Part shown: piece after piece, positions 47,974 through 57,864 of the stretch
Numbering within the stretch: position 1 is the stretch's first letter
Layout of the letters: each line of letters opens with the position of its first letter
Origin: Chloroflexota bacterium
Lineage (GTDB): Bacteria > Chloroflexota > UBA11872 > VXOZ01
Length of the DNA stretch: 64,000 nucleotides
NCBI GenBank assembly: GCA_963663275.1
Contig: OY760183.1
Span: forward strand, 2,528,001-2,592,000
Direction of reading: 5' to 3'
The notes under the pieces: generated by a model
What the model was told of the DNA's origin: nothing
Databases searched by the model: none
The model's input: only the letters and a program-made list of their open reading frames with translations
Position numbers and translations under genes: made by a program

Positions 47974-49434
47974 CTACAGGCTCATGCGTTCGTCCGCCCG
48001 CGCCTTCCACTTGGCGTAGTTCGGCGATTGCAGCAGCGCGCCGTTCTCCTGGACCACCAACCGGCCGTTCTGTCCGCGCGGGTCGCCGCGCTCTTCATTG
48101 ACCCGGGCGAGCAACGCGCGCAACTCTTCGATTCGCCCTCCCGCTTCGGCTTTCCCCGCCAGATTGCGGCACTCCTGGGGATCGTCAACCAGGTTGAAGT
48201 AGCGTTCCCGGCCCGTGTGGTGGAACCACGTGTACTTCTCGCGCTTGGTCGCGATGAACTGCATGCCTTGGTCCCAGCCATGAATTCTGGTCTGTTCCCC
48301 TTGCAGGAATTCGCGCCATTCAGTTTCCTCGCCTCGCGCGAGCGGAAGAAGGCTCTTACCGTCGACCGAATCAGGGATCTCCACCCGCGCGGCCTCGAGC
48401 ACGGTCGGCATGAGGTCGCGCAGTTCGATGACTTCATCGCAGGAGCCGCCGCGCTCCTCGTCCCACGTGTCCGGATACTTGATGAAGAACGGGATACGCG
48501 CGGAGCCGTCGTTCGAGTACCCCTTGCGCCACAGACAGTGGTCGCCGAGCATGTCGCCGTGGTCTGAGGTGAAGATGAAGAGTGTGTTGCGCAAGGCATC
48601 GCGATCGCGCCAGCTACACTCATACAGGAAACGGCCCACCTGATGATCGATGAAGCTGATACTGCCGTAGTAAGCCGCGCGTGTGCGGTGCGCCTGCGCC
48701 TCTGGAGCCCGGCCGCGCCACGCCGTGGTGCTGGCAATCGGCTCGTCGTATTCCGCGGCCCAGTCGCCCATGGGCGGCGTGGGAATATCGGGGTTGTCCT
48801 TGTACATGTCGAAATAGACCGGTGGGGGATCGTAGGGCGCATGGGGGCGGGTGAACGACAGCCACAGAAAGAACGGGCACGTCGGATCGCGCCTCTCGAT
48901 GAACTTGACCGCTTCGCTCACCGTCCAATGGGTGGCGTGCAAGTGTTCCGGCAAGTGGCTTGGCCGGCCCAACAAGCTATTCCACTCGAGACCGTGGTCG
49001 AGGTCGCCGATCTTCCCGGCCGTCTCCTCGCGCAGCCAAGCCATGTAGTCAGTCCAGAGGCCGCGGCCCGTGCTATCCTGCACGGCTTCATAGAACCCGT
49101 AGAGCGCGCGTCTGGGAAACTGGTCCGACTTCCCTACGCTGGCCGTGTGGTACCCGGCCTTCATCAGTTCGCCCGCCAGCGTCGCCGGGAAGTCCAACGC
49201 GTCTTGACCGGCGCCACTGCCAAGACGTCCGTGATTCCACTGGTCCATGCCCGTCATCATGGCGGCCCGCGAGGGCAAGCAGGAAGGCGAACTGGTATAG
49301 CACCGCGTAAACTTCACGCCCCGCGCCGCCAGTTCGTCCAGATACGGCGTTTCCAAGACCGGATTGGCGTAGCCAATACAGTCCGAACGCTGCTGGTCGG
49401 TAATGATCACGACGATATTCGGGCGTTTTGGCAT
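47974..49434 (-). CDS. Sulfatase (Cys-type, formylglycine-dependent)
   Basis: RPNIVVIITDQQR, TPYLD, CLPSRAAMMTG (CxPxR), RPHAPYDP, TSDHGDMLG. Confidence 0.93.
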   Translation of the reverse strand: MPKRPNIVVIITDQQRSDCIGYANPVLETPYLDELAARGVKFTRCYTSSPSCLPSRAAMMTGMDQWNHGRLGSGAGQDALDFPATLAGELMKAGYHTASVGKSDQFPRRALYGFYEAVQDSTGRGLWTDYMAWLREETAGKIGDLDHGLEWNSLLGRPSHLPEHLHATHWTVSEAVKFIERRDPTCPFFLWLSFTRPHAPYDPPPVYFDMYKDNPDIPTPPMGDWAAEYDEPIASTTAWRGRAPEAQAHRTRAAYYGSISFIDHQVGRFLYECSWRDRDALRNTLFIFTSDHGDMLGDHCLWRKGYSNDGSARIPFFIKYPDTWDEERGGSCDEVIELRDLMPTVLEAARVEIPDSVDGKSLLPLARGEETEWREFLQGEQTRIHGWDQGMQFIATKREKYTWFHHTGRERYFNLVDDPQECRNLAGKAEAGGRIEELRALLARVNEERGDPRGQNGRLVVQENGALLQSPNYAKWKARADERMSL

Positions 49435-49545
49435 GATGTATGCTCCTGGCATTCCTTTCATTACAGGCTTCTACTTTAGAGAACAACGATGTGCCATGCC
49501 CAATGGTGGTGAGCGCGGGCAGCGTCATCTCAAAGTGCCGCCGCT

Positions 49546-50331
49546 TCACGCCAGCAGGAAGACCGGGTCTTTCTCAAGAATGCGCACGCCGATTTCCAGG
49601 AACGGCTTGGCCTCGATCAGGCGCAGCGTGGCGGCGCCGATTGTGCCCACGCGCATGATGCCGTGCTCATGGCAGACGGCGTCCATCTTCTCGAAGGCGC
49701 GGGGATGGTTGGGCAAGTGGGCGCGGGTCGGCACCGTGATGATGCGGCCTTCGAGGTCAATCACCATCGGGTAGAAGACCTCTTGACTCAGAATCGGCGC
49801 GCCGCCGGCCTCTTCGATGGTGTGGATCGTCGTATTGCTGTTCTGCCCGATGCCGATCAAGAGAACCTTGCCGCCACCGACGCAGTTCCGGTGCCAGGGC
49901 GTGCCGGGGCCGGTGGGATAGACGGCGGTTTCCGCGCCGGCCAGCAGCCAATCCCGCCGCGCGCCGATGGCGTGCAGGGTGTGGCAGGCGGATAGCGACG
50001 GCCGCGCTTCCGGCCGCTGCCGCAGCGCGTTTGTAATAGCACCCAGCTTGGAAGGCGTGACCCGCAGATCGAGAATGGGATCGTGCTTGATGTAGTGAAA
50101 GTGCGAGCCGCCGCGCCAGATCACCGGACTGGTCGGCACCGCAACCGTGCCGGCGTCTCCCACCGCCGCCAGTAGCGCGTCCACAACCGTGTCCGCGCCC
50201 CCCTCGACGTAGCCAAAGCGCGAGAGCGACGAATGCACGATGACGACGTCGCCTTCGGTTAGCCCAAGGCTGCCCAAGCCGTCTACGAGCATCGCATACG
50301 TTACGCGCGGCCGGTCTTCCGCAAGTGACAT
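49546..50331 (-). CDS. AAC(3)/YokD family N-acetyltransferase
   Basis: GDVVIVHSSLS, GGADTV, GAITNALR, KVLLIG, NTTIHTIE. Confidence 0.88.
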   Translation of the reverse strand: MSLAEDRPRVTYAMLVDGLGSLGLTEGDVVIVHSSLSRFGYVEGGADTVVDALLAAVGDAGTVAVPTSPVIWRGGSHFHYIKHDPILDLRVTPSKLGAITNALRQRPEARPSLSACHTLHAIGARRDWLLAGAETAVYPTGPGTPWHRNCVGGGKVLLIGIGQNSNTTIHTIEEAGGAPILSQEVFYPMVIDLEGRIITVPTRAHLPNHPRAFEKMDAVCHEHGIMRVGTIGAATLRLIEAKPFLEIGVRILEKDPVFLLA

Positions 50332-50365
50332 GGTTCGCTGCTCACTCTCTGTGGGGTTTTCTGAT

Positions 50366-51403
50366 TCACACGTCTATCGTCTGGCCGGTCTCCATCGATG
50401 CCCGCACCGCCAAGCCCACGCGCAGGGCGCGCCTGCCGTCCTCGCCGGTGACGCGCGGCGGCTCGCCCCGGCGGATACGGGTGGCAAAGTCCTGAATCGA
50501 CTCCACGTATGCGTCCTGAGGCTGAAATTCGTGCGCGTGCTCCTGGCCGCGCTGGTCCGTGTGCACGAACCGGCTGGCCTGGATGTTGGCGATGACGCCG
50601 AGCGGACCCATAAGCTCTTCCTCCGGCGCGCTTTGTAACTGAAAGCCCGGGGCCATGCCGCACGAGGTCGTGATGACGCTCATGTCGCCGCTGCCGTATT
50701 CGATAAGCGCCGCGCCGGTATCGGGCGGTGCCGCGTCTGGGGGTTGGCGCTGCGCGTGCGCGCCGCCCCAGTGCGCGCCCCGCGCCGTCACGCGCACGGC
50801 CTCGCTGCGAAAGAGCCAGGCCCACAGATCGTAGTGGTCGGCAAAGAGATCGAGGAAGACGTCTCTGCTCGGCGATGCGCCCCGATCGGGAGCGCCGCTG
50901 GCATCCGCCGGAGGAGCGGCAACCGGCATGAGGCGATGCACGCGGTAGATCAAGGGACGACCGAGAGCGCCTTTGTCGAGCATAGTGCGCATGCGCAGGA
51001 AAGACGGCTGGTAGCGCCGGGGGAAGTTCATCCCCACGGCGACCCGCTTGCCCCGCGCCGTCGCCAGCAGCGAGTCGCACTCCTGCAGCGCGTGCGTAAT
51101 TCCCCGTTCGCACATTACGTGCTTATTGAGATTGGCGGCGTAGATGCCAATCGGTCCGTGCAAGGAAGAAGGCGTGCACAGGGACACGATGTTGATGTCC
51201 GGCCGCGCCAGGACAGCGTGGTAGTCGGCGCTCACCGTGCCGATGCCAAACTGGCGGGCCAGGTCGCGGGCGCGGACCTCGTCCACGTCTACCAAGGCAA
51301 CCACCTGGGAATCCGCAACCGTCTGCCAACCCATGATATGCCTGCGCGCGCTGGCGCCCGCGCCAATGACGCACGTGCGCACGCGGCTGACCGGAGTAAT
51401 CAT
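50366..51403 (-). CDS. Gfo/Idh/MocA family oxidoreductase (atypical motif)
   Basis: CVIGAGA, KHVMCERG in place of CEKP, VTGEDGRRAL. Confidence 0.8.
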   Translation of the reverse strand: MITPVSRVRTCVIGAGASARRHIMGWQTVADSQVVALVDVDEVRARDLARQFGIGTVSADYHAVLARPDINIVSLCTPSSLHGPIGIYAANLNKHVMCERGITHALQECDSLLATARGKRVAVGMNFPRRYQPSFLRMRTMLDKGALGRPLIYRVHRLMPVAAPPADASGAPDRGASPSRDVFLDLFADHYDLWAWLFRSEAVRVTARGAHWGGAHAQRQPPDAAPPDTGAALIEYGSGDMSVITTSCGMAPGFQLQSAPEEELMGPLGVIANIQASRFVHTDQRGQEHAHEFQPQDAYVESIQDFATRIRRGEPPRVTGEDGRRALRVGLAVRASMETGQTIDV

Positions 51404-51662
51404 CGTGCTGCATCCGCGAATACGAGAGGAAAGCCGTTCGCAAGGCGACTGGGGGAACCGTTCGCCAACGCGCGCACCGTTTCTTCTCCGCGCATTGCCC
51501 TGCGTGAAACGGCGGCGCGCCTTTCCTTAGTGTAGCGCACATCGGCGGCATAGGCGATACTATCCACGTAGGCTTATTTCCGCCAGACTGCGGGGTGAGG
51601 CCAGACCCCCGCCGCGGCCTGGGGATAGCGCGGAGGATTGTCCCGAAGGCAGCCGCACTTGC

Positions 51663-51890
51663 GTAGCGCGGGATCTTGTCCCCCGCTTCCGGGCACGAAC
51701 TCTTGGCGCCATCCCGGACAGGACATTCGGCCAAACCACTTTGTAGCGCGGGGGCTTGTCCCCCGCTGGTTTGCGGAAACAATAGACATCATCTTGGACT
51801 GGGCAATCGGCCAGCGCACAACGTAGCGCGGGGGCTTGTCCCCCGCATCTTGGCGAATTCAAAGGCAACATATTGGACAGGGCGGTCGCG
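51663..51890 (+). repeat. Three family A GTAG-REPs at an exact 80-bp period
   Basis: Repeats start at 51663, 51743 and 51823; the 56-bp intervals share a degenerate CATyyyGGACwGG...CGGCC. Confidence 0.85.
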
Positions 51891-51921
51891 GCCCGCGAAC
51901 TATCTCGAAAGGCACTCGTCC

Positions 51922-52719
51922 GTGCGGGTATACATCAGCGTAGACATGGAAGGCTTGGCCGGGGTCGCCTTGCGCCAGCAGATCTCCCGCTACTTGGGCG
52001 GGCGTCACTATCAGCAGGGGCGCAGGCTGGTGATGGCGGAAGTCAACGCGGCGGTGGCCGGCGCGTTCGACGGCGGCGCGACAGGCGTGATTGTGCACGA
52101 CAACCACGGCAGCAGTATGAACATGTCCATCGAGGCGCTCGACCCGCGCGCGCAGGTATTCATGGGCAATCTGCCTTACCCGCGCTGCGCCCTGCTGGAG
52201 CCGGACGTGGATATCTACTTCTGCCTCGGCTATCACGCCGCGCAGGGCGCCCTGCACGCCTTTCGCGACCACACCGTGAGTTCGTCGCGCTGGAGCAACG
52301 TCTGGCTCAACGGCCTGGCGATTGGCGAATTGGGATTGAGCGCCGCGTGCGCCGGCGTGTACGGCGTGCCGGTCGGCCTGGTGGGCGGTGACGACAAGGT
52401 CTGCGCCGAGGCCCGCGCGGTGCTAGGCCCCGCCGTGGAGTTGGCGCCGGTCAAGACCGGACTGGGACGCCATGCCGCCGCGCTGCCGCCAATTGCCGCG
52501 CAGCACGCGCTCATTCGCCGGACCGCGGCGCGGGCGGTGCGCCGCGCGCGTGAGTTCAGGCCGTTCGTGGTCGCGCCGCCATACGAATTGTGCGCCCAGT
52601 ACACCTCGCCGGCGTTCCTGGACGCCCGCGCCTACGACGGGGAGCGCGTGACGCGACGCAACGGCACGACTCTCTGCTTGCGGGGCGACAACCTCATGGA
52701 ATTGGTAGGCGAAATGTAA
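51922..52719 (+). CDS. M55 family D-aminopeptidase (DppA-like)
   Basis: VYISVDMEG, EVNAAV, HDNHG, LGYHA, DHT, IGE, GDD. Confidence 0.92.
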   Translation: MRVYISVDMEGLAGVALRQQISRYLGGRHYQQGRRLVMAEVNAAVAGAFDGGATGVIVHDNHGSSMNMSIEALDPRAQVFMGNLPYPRCALLEPDVDIYFCLGYHAAQGALHAFRDHTVSSSRWSNVWLNGLAIGELGLSAACAGVYGVPVGLVGGDDKVCAEARAVLGPAVELAPVKTGLGRHAAALPPIAAQHALIRRTAARAVRRAREFRPFVVAPPYELCAQYTSPAFLDARAYDGERVTRRNGTTLCLRGDNLMELVGEM

Positions 52720-53687
52720 TGGCGCGGCGCGTCTCTCGATGGCTCGTCTGCCTGCCGCTCCTGGCGCTGTTGCTTGGCTGTTCTCCAGGCACGTATACGC
52801 AGCGCGTCGAACGGCTCTATGACGCCGTCCGCTCCCAGCCCCAACTCCAACCGCCTGCCGACGCCGCAACGCCTGGCCCGGCTCCGGTGAGCGCGGACCC
52901 GATCGCCAAAGCGGATGTCCTTGTCTTTGCCGCGCGACCGGGCGACGTTGTGGTGTCGGCGTACGCTGCCGTTCGGCTGGCAGTTGCGCAGGGCCAGCGC
53001 GTCGTCGTGGTCTACGTCACCAGCGGCGATGCCCGGACGAGCATGGCGCTGGCGCTGGCCGGACTGCCCGCCGACGCTACGCCGACGCCAGAGCAGTATC
53101 TGCGCGGAGCGGCCGCTCTGCAAGACGCGGCGCTCGAGGCGGCGGAAAGCGCCCTGGGCATAGATGCGGATGACGTTTTCTTTCTCGGGTACCCTGATGG
53201 AGTCTTGCATGAGTTCTCGGCTGAAGCGCCGGATCACGTCGTCCGCTCGCCCTTTACCGGCAAGGACGGCCTCACCGAACCCGACGTCGCTCCGTTTCCG
53301 TATCGCATCGCGCGCTCCGGTCAGAGCGTGCCCTACTCCTTCAACGCAATCCTCCACGACCTGAACGACGTGCTCGTGGAACTGAACCCCAGTGAGATTT
53401 ACCTCCCGTCGCCCGACAGCGCGGACGAGACGGAGGCCGCGGCGGGCAGGCTCATCGCGCGTGCCCTGCGCGAAGTTGCGCCGCCCAGCGCGCGGGTCTT
53501 CGTCTATGCGACGGGCTCGCAGGGGCGGCCGCCGGACCGGCGCGTTCCCGTAACCGACCCGGCCGCAAAGCAACGCGCCCTCGCTGTCTACACGGCGGCG
53601 GCCGGCGGCGTAGACTGGCTCAACGCGCCGGAGGCGCTGCTAGCGGAAGAGGTGTTCTGGGAGTTCGACTATACGGGCGCTTCGTGA
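52719..53687 (+). CDS. PIG-L/LmbE-fold lipoprotein with degenerate metal site
   Basis: Lipobox LLGC; LVFAARPGD (for AHPDD), YVTSGD, FLGYPDG, K-x-x-AL-x-x-Y; TAATG coupling to the upstream gene. Confidence 0.7.
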   Translation: MARRVSRWLVCLPLLALLLGCSPGTYTQRVERLYDAVRSQPQLQPPADAATPGPAPVSADPIAKADVLVFAARPGDVVVSAYAAVRLAVAQGQRVVVVYVTSGDARTSMALALAGLPADATPTPEQYLRGAAALQDAALEAAESALGIDADDVFFLGYPDGVLHEFSAEAPDHVVRSPFTGKDGLTEPDVAPFPYRIARSGQSVPYSFNAILHDLNDVLVELNPSEIYLPSPDSADETEAAAGRLIARALREVAPPSARVFVYATGSQGRPPDRRVPVTDPAAKQRALAVYTAAAGGVDWLNAPEALLAEEVFWEFDYTGAS

Positions 53688-53744
53688 GAGAATTGCGAAA
53701 GCATACCTTGATAGCAAGTCCGCGTTGAATTGGAGATATGAAAC

Positions 53745-54599
53745 ATGTCAATGCCCCGACCGTCGCTGCATGGGTCTATTCTGCCCGCAGGCAGTACGCT
53801 GGAAGACATGCTCGCCCTCGCCAAGCGCTTTGGGTTTCCGGGGATAGACGCCCCGTTTGGCGCGGTGCGGGCCTTGGTGGAGCAGACATCCGCCGCGGCC
53901 GTGCGCGATCTCTTTGCCGCGCACAACACGCTGCCGTCGTCGATGGGTCTGATGGCGGCCGGCATCTACGCGCCGGAGGCGGATTTCACGCAGTCTCTCG
54001 ACCGCTTCTCCCAGAACTGCGCGCTCGCCGCGTCCGTCGGCTGCCGGCGCACGGGGAGTTACTTCCCCAACCGCACGTCGCTGCCGCCGGCCGAGGCCCG
54101 GCGCATTCTCAAGGAGCGCACGACAATCCTGGCGGAGCGGGCGGAACCGCACGGCATCGCCATCGGCTTGGAGTTTCTCGGGCTGCGCACGTTCCGGCTG
54201 GACGAACCCCACGCTTTCATCAGCAACGTGCCGGACACGATGACGATGCTGCATGAGACCGGCCGGCCCAACGTCGGCTTGATCCTCGATTCGTTCCACT
54301 ACTTCACGAGCGGCGGCGACCTGGCGCAGATCCGGTCGTTGCGCGCGCAGGACATCGTGCACCTGCACGTGAACGACGCCCCGCACGCCGACGTGATGAC
54401 TTTGGAAGACACGCAGCGGGTGCTGCCGGGCAGAGGCGTCATCGACCTGACCGGCTGGTTCAACGCCATCGCCGCGATTGGGTACGACGGCTACGTGGCC
54501 ATCGAGATCTTCGACGACGAGTTTCGGAACCAAGACCGAGACGTAGCGGTGCGCATTGCCAAAGAGGCGCTCGACGCTGTGTTGAAGCGGGCGGCATAA
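53745..54599 (+). CDS. Sugar phosphate isomerase/epimerase (xylose isomerase-like TIM barrel)
   Basis: GLEF, LDSFH, HVND, RVLPGRG, GYDGYVAIEIF. Confidence 0.88.
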   Translation: MSMPRPSLHGSILPAGSTLEDMLALAKRFGFPGIDAPFGAVRALVEQTSAAAVRDLFAAHNTLPSSMGLMAAGIYAPEADFTQSLDRFSQNCALAASVGCRRTGSYFPNRTSLPPAEARRILKERTTILAERAEPHGIAIGLEFLGLRTFRLDEPHAFISNVPDTMTMLHETGRPNVGLILDSFHYFTSGGDLAQIRSLRAQDIVHLHVNDAPHADVMTLEDTQRVLPGRGVIDLTGWFNAIAAIGYDGYVAIEIFDDEFRNQDRDVAVRIAKEALDAVLKRAA

Positions 54600-54636
54600 T
54601 GGTTCGATTACCATGCATCGACGAGATTGAGTACCG

Positions 54637-54784
54637 GTAGCGTAGGTTTGTAACCTGCGCCGTTGGCCTGCGATTGAAAGTCCCCCCTCACCCCGGCCCT
54701 CTCCCCAGGGAGAGGGAGTCTTTTCGCTTGCCGAAAAGCCCGCCCGCGTCAAGCCAAGCCGTAGCGCGGGGGCTTGTCCCCCGC
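54637..54784 (+). repeat. Mixed REP cluster (GTAG variant, family D, family A)
   Basis: GTAGCGTAGGTTTGTAACCTGCGC at 54637; CCCTCACCCCGGCCCTCTCCCCAGGGAGAGGG at about 54685; family A at 54761. Confidence 0.8.
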
Positions 54785-54820
54785 CTCTTGGCGAGAAGGC
54801 GCGCGTCTCAGGCAAGGCGT

Positions 54821-55696
54821 TTAGACCGTCACACTGCTATACGCCAGCACAATCGCGCCCAAGGCGATGACGATTGCTCCCCCGATGCGCGGCACCGGCG
54901 ACGGCTCGCGCAACACCACAATACCCAACACCGTGCCGATCACCACGCCAACCTCCCTCAGCGGCGCTACCTGGCTCACCTGCGCAATCGAGAGCGCCAC
55001 CAGCGCGAGACTGTAGGCCAGCGGGGAGAGCACGGCCCCCGTCCCCATGGCGACCGGCTGCGCGCGCCACGCGGCAAGCAGCGTACCCACTCGCCGGCGG
55101 AGCACCCAGGACATGGCAAGCGCCGGACCGAGAAACGCCCCGGTAACGTACAGCAGCGGCGGCACGTGCGACACGCCCACTTTGTCCCACAGCGAGTACG
55201 TGGCGATGGTCACACCGGTGACGGCCGCAAAGACAAGCCCGGCCGCGGGGCGAAAGTGAGCGGCCAGCGTCCGGCGTGAGAGGTTAGGGGGAATCTGGAG
55301 GATCAGGAGCCCCAGGACGATGCCGCCGATGCCGAGCCCTTGCGGCAGGCTGATGTGCTCTCCGAGGAGCAGCACCGCCCCAACCGGCGTCAGCGCCACG
55401 CCCATGCCCCTGGCCAGCGGATAGACCAGCGACATGTCGCCGTGTTCATACGCCAGTCCCAGCAGCAAGAAGTAGAAGGCATGAATAACGGCGGTGCCGA
55501 GGAAGAACCCCCAACCCGTGAGCGAAATCGTTGATCCGGCAAGCACAAACAGCGCCACCGGCAGCGTGGCAATAGTACCGGCAACGGTGATGTTCCACGT
55601 GTAGATAAGGGGCGTGCCGCTGCGCTTGAGCAACAGATTCCACGTGGCGTGGGCAAGCGCCGCTCCCAATACGAGCAGCAACGCGAGCAGGGTCAT
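54821..55696 (-). CDS. EamA/DMT family transporter
   Basis: AALAHATWNLLLK, GDMSLVYPLARG, YSLWDK, APLRE; about 10 TM segments. Confidence 0.9.
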   Translation of the reverse strand: MTLLALLLVLGAALAHATWNLLLKRSGTPLIYTWNITVAGTIATLPVALFVLAGSTISLTGWGFFLGTAVIHAFYFLLLGLAYEHGDMSLVYPLARGMGVALTPVGAVLLLGEHISLPQGLGIGGIVLGLLILQIPPNLSRRTLAAHFRPAAGLVFAAVTGVTIATYSLWDKVGVSHVPPLLYVTGAFLGPALAMSWVLRRRVGTLLAAWRAQPVAMGTGAVLSPLAYSLALVALSIAQVSQVAPLREVGVVIGTVLGIVVLREPSPVPRIGGAIVIALGAIVLAYSSVTV

Positions 55697-56185
55697 GCGC
55701 GCGCCTCGCAGACCTGCCCACTGCATACACTCAAAGGCCCAACTGCAACTGGATACCGGGTCAGATCCACGAACCAGAGATTTGAACGGCCGTCACTTGA
55801 GTTGAAATTTGCGCCATTTGGCCGTCTCTCAGAGATGACTATGATGGTGGGTACTCCTTCTATGGTCTTTGCCTCCCGCAAACGCATCCCTGTATGTGTG
55901 TCGGGATTGGATTAGAGAGGTTCTCCCAGTATAGCGCGGCAGTTGGCTTGTGAATCGCAGCTTGGCGGCCGCAGGCTAGGATTGCACCCAAAGGAGGAGG
56001 TCAAGAGTGCGGGGCCGAGTGGTCCGCCGTTCGCGTTCGGACTGGAATACAGTTAAAACGTACGTGGTAGTATTTGATGGTCAAGAAAAGTGAGACAAAT
56101 GTAAGACTGATAATGCCGGTTGGAGTCGGTTTTGATAGCGGAGTATTGCTTGCATGACGGATCACCTCCGACGAAAGGTGAACTC

Positions 56186-57616
56186 ATGAGTAAGACGGCG
56201 CGTGGAATTAGTCGGCGGCAAGTTTTGCAGGGCATTGGCGGATCACTCGCCACGTTGGGTTTCGCGGCATGTGAGCCTCAGCCTGCACCTGTAGCACCTA
56301 TACCCGAGGAAGTTGAGACGGCTGTACCGGTTCCGACGCGGCGGCCTTATGTCGAACGGGTTGAGGTTGAGTTGATGGTCGGTTCAGTCGCAGGTTGGGA
56401 AGAAGGGGACTTCCGCGAGCTACTTCGGCGTTTCCACAGCTATTATCCTGGAATTCGGATCAGGCTTGATATCGACACGCAAGGGGAGGGCCAACTTCAG
56501 CGGCTTGTGGTTCGGCTTGCTGCCGGTATAGGGATCGATGTAGCGCACATTGCCGGCCAGCATCTCAAGCTAGTCCTTATGTTCAGCCCGCTAGACGACT
56601 TCGTCAAGGCTGATGAGTCTTTTGAAACTGGGGCATACTATGCCCGCCTTGTGGACTACTACAGCACGCCGCGCGGCGGTCTCTGGTGTCTGCCGTGGAG
56701 TTATGCCACTGAGCTTCTGTACTACAATAGGCAACACTTTGCTGAGGTGGGAATTCCACACCCCAATCATAACTGGACCTGGGACGATTTTCTGTATGCC
56801 GCACGTACGTTGACCAAGTCTAGTGGCGGCAGCGACGTGCCGGAGAAATGGGGTGCTGAATTTCGGCTGGAGAGTCTTGATTTCGTGCTTCGGTCTTTCG
56901 GCGGCGGCTTCCAGATCGGGGGATTTGAGAATCCGGCAGAGATTCATGCCGGGAATGTCGCCGCACTGCAATTCTTGGCAGATCTGGTGCTCAAGGAACG
57001 CGTCCATCCGTATCCCAGTTTGGGACTGAGTGGCGGCTTTGCACAGGGCAAAGTGTCTATGGCCTTCCTGCCGGAATGGGCGACAGTCAAGCTCAATGCG
57101 GTGGAGAACCTCGATTACGATGTGGCTCCCATACCCCAGGGCCCGGCGGGAAGTGTGACCTCATGTGCTATCCAAGGTGTTGCGATGGGGAACTACTACT
57201 GCCCTCACCCTGATCACGCGTGGGAGGTTATGAAGTGGTTTGCACACGCGGACTACGGAGAGTGGGACATAGCACGAACATTCCTAATCCCCAACGGGAT
57301 ACCGATTGCTTTGCGTGCTGCCAATGAGTTTTCCTGGGCAAAATACCATGAGAGACCCGCAAGCCGGCACCTCATTTTGCAGAACTTCGAAACCGCAATG
57401 GTACCTTTCTCAGACAGCCTCTGGTGGCCGCATCTTTCAGAGTTTGGATGGGTTGGCCGGAACTATTGGAAGGACCTAAGGCAGGTTTTTGAGGGCAGTA
57501 TATCAATTGAAGACTTGGTGATGGAGTTGGGAGAGGATTGGGGAACCGAACGGGAGATTATGGCGGAGGAATTGTCGAGAGACTACACACGCCACGAAAG
57601 TTGCTATGGCTATTGA
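56186..57616 (+). CDS. Sugar ABC transporter substrate-binding lipoprotein (Tat signal), divergent paralog
   Basis: SRRQVL twin-arginine motif, FAAC lipobox, PLDD, LYYN, WTWDDF, FAQGK, PQGP; visibly lower GC. Confidence 0.82.
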   Translation: MSKTARGISRRQVLQGIGGSLATLGFAACEPQPAPVAPIPEEVETAVPVPTRRPYVERVEVELMVGSVAGWEEGDFRELLRRFHSYYPGIRIRLDIDTQGEGQLQRLVVRLAAGIGIDVAHIAGQHLKLVLMFSPLDDFVKADESFETGAYYARLVDYYSTPRGGLWCLPWSYATELLYYNRQHFAEVGIPHPNHNWTWDDFLYAARTLTKSSGGSDVPEKWGAEFRLESLDFVLRSFGGGFQIGGFENPAEIHAGNVAALQFLADLVLKERVHPYPSLGLSGGFAQGKVSMAFLPEWATVKLNAVENLDYDVAPIPQGPAGSVTSCAIQGVAMGNYYCPHPDHAWEVMKWFAHADYGEWDIARTFLIPNGIPIALRAANEFSWAKYHERPASRHLILQNFETAMVPFSDSLWWPHLSEFGWVGRNYWKDLRQVFEGSISIEDLVMELGEDWGTEREIMAEELSRDYTRHESCYGY

Positions 57617-57864
57617 TGGTGTGCATATCACGGAAAACGCAGACTGCTGCTATCTGCCAGTAGCTGAAGTTAACTTTGATTGTTGAGTACGCGTTGTCGG
57701 CCCACCAATTCTGTGGCTAGACTCTATCTGTTGGTAGTTGTAGTATTAGGCTAGCTTGCGATGATGCGATTCAAAGCTTCCAAAGGGCGGTGATCAACCT
57801 GGAACCAACGCATCGCGCAGGCAATGCAGTTCCAAGGTATGGAGAAATCCGGGAGGGTACGGGC

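Noticed and set aside
49546-50331. Aminoglycoside resistance gene
   Set aside because: The AAC(3)/YokD family is broad, the context is metabolic and there is no mobile-element association
51663-51890. CRISPR array
   Set aside because: Only three repeats, the intervals resemble each other, the repeat is a dispersed GTAG-type REP and there are no cas genes in the window
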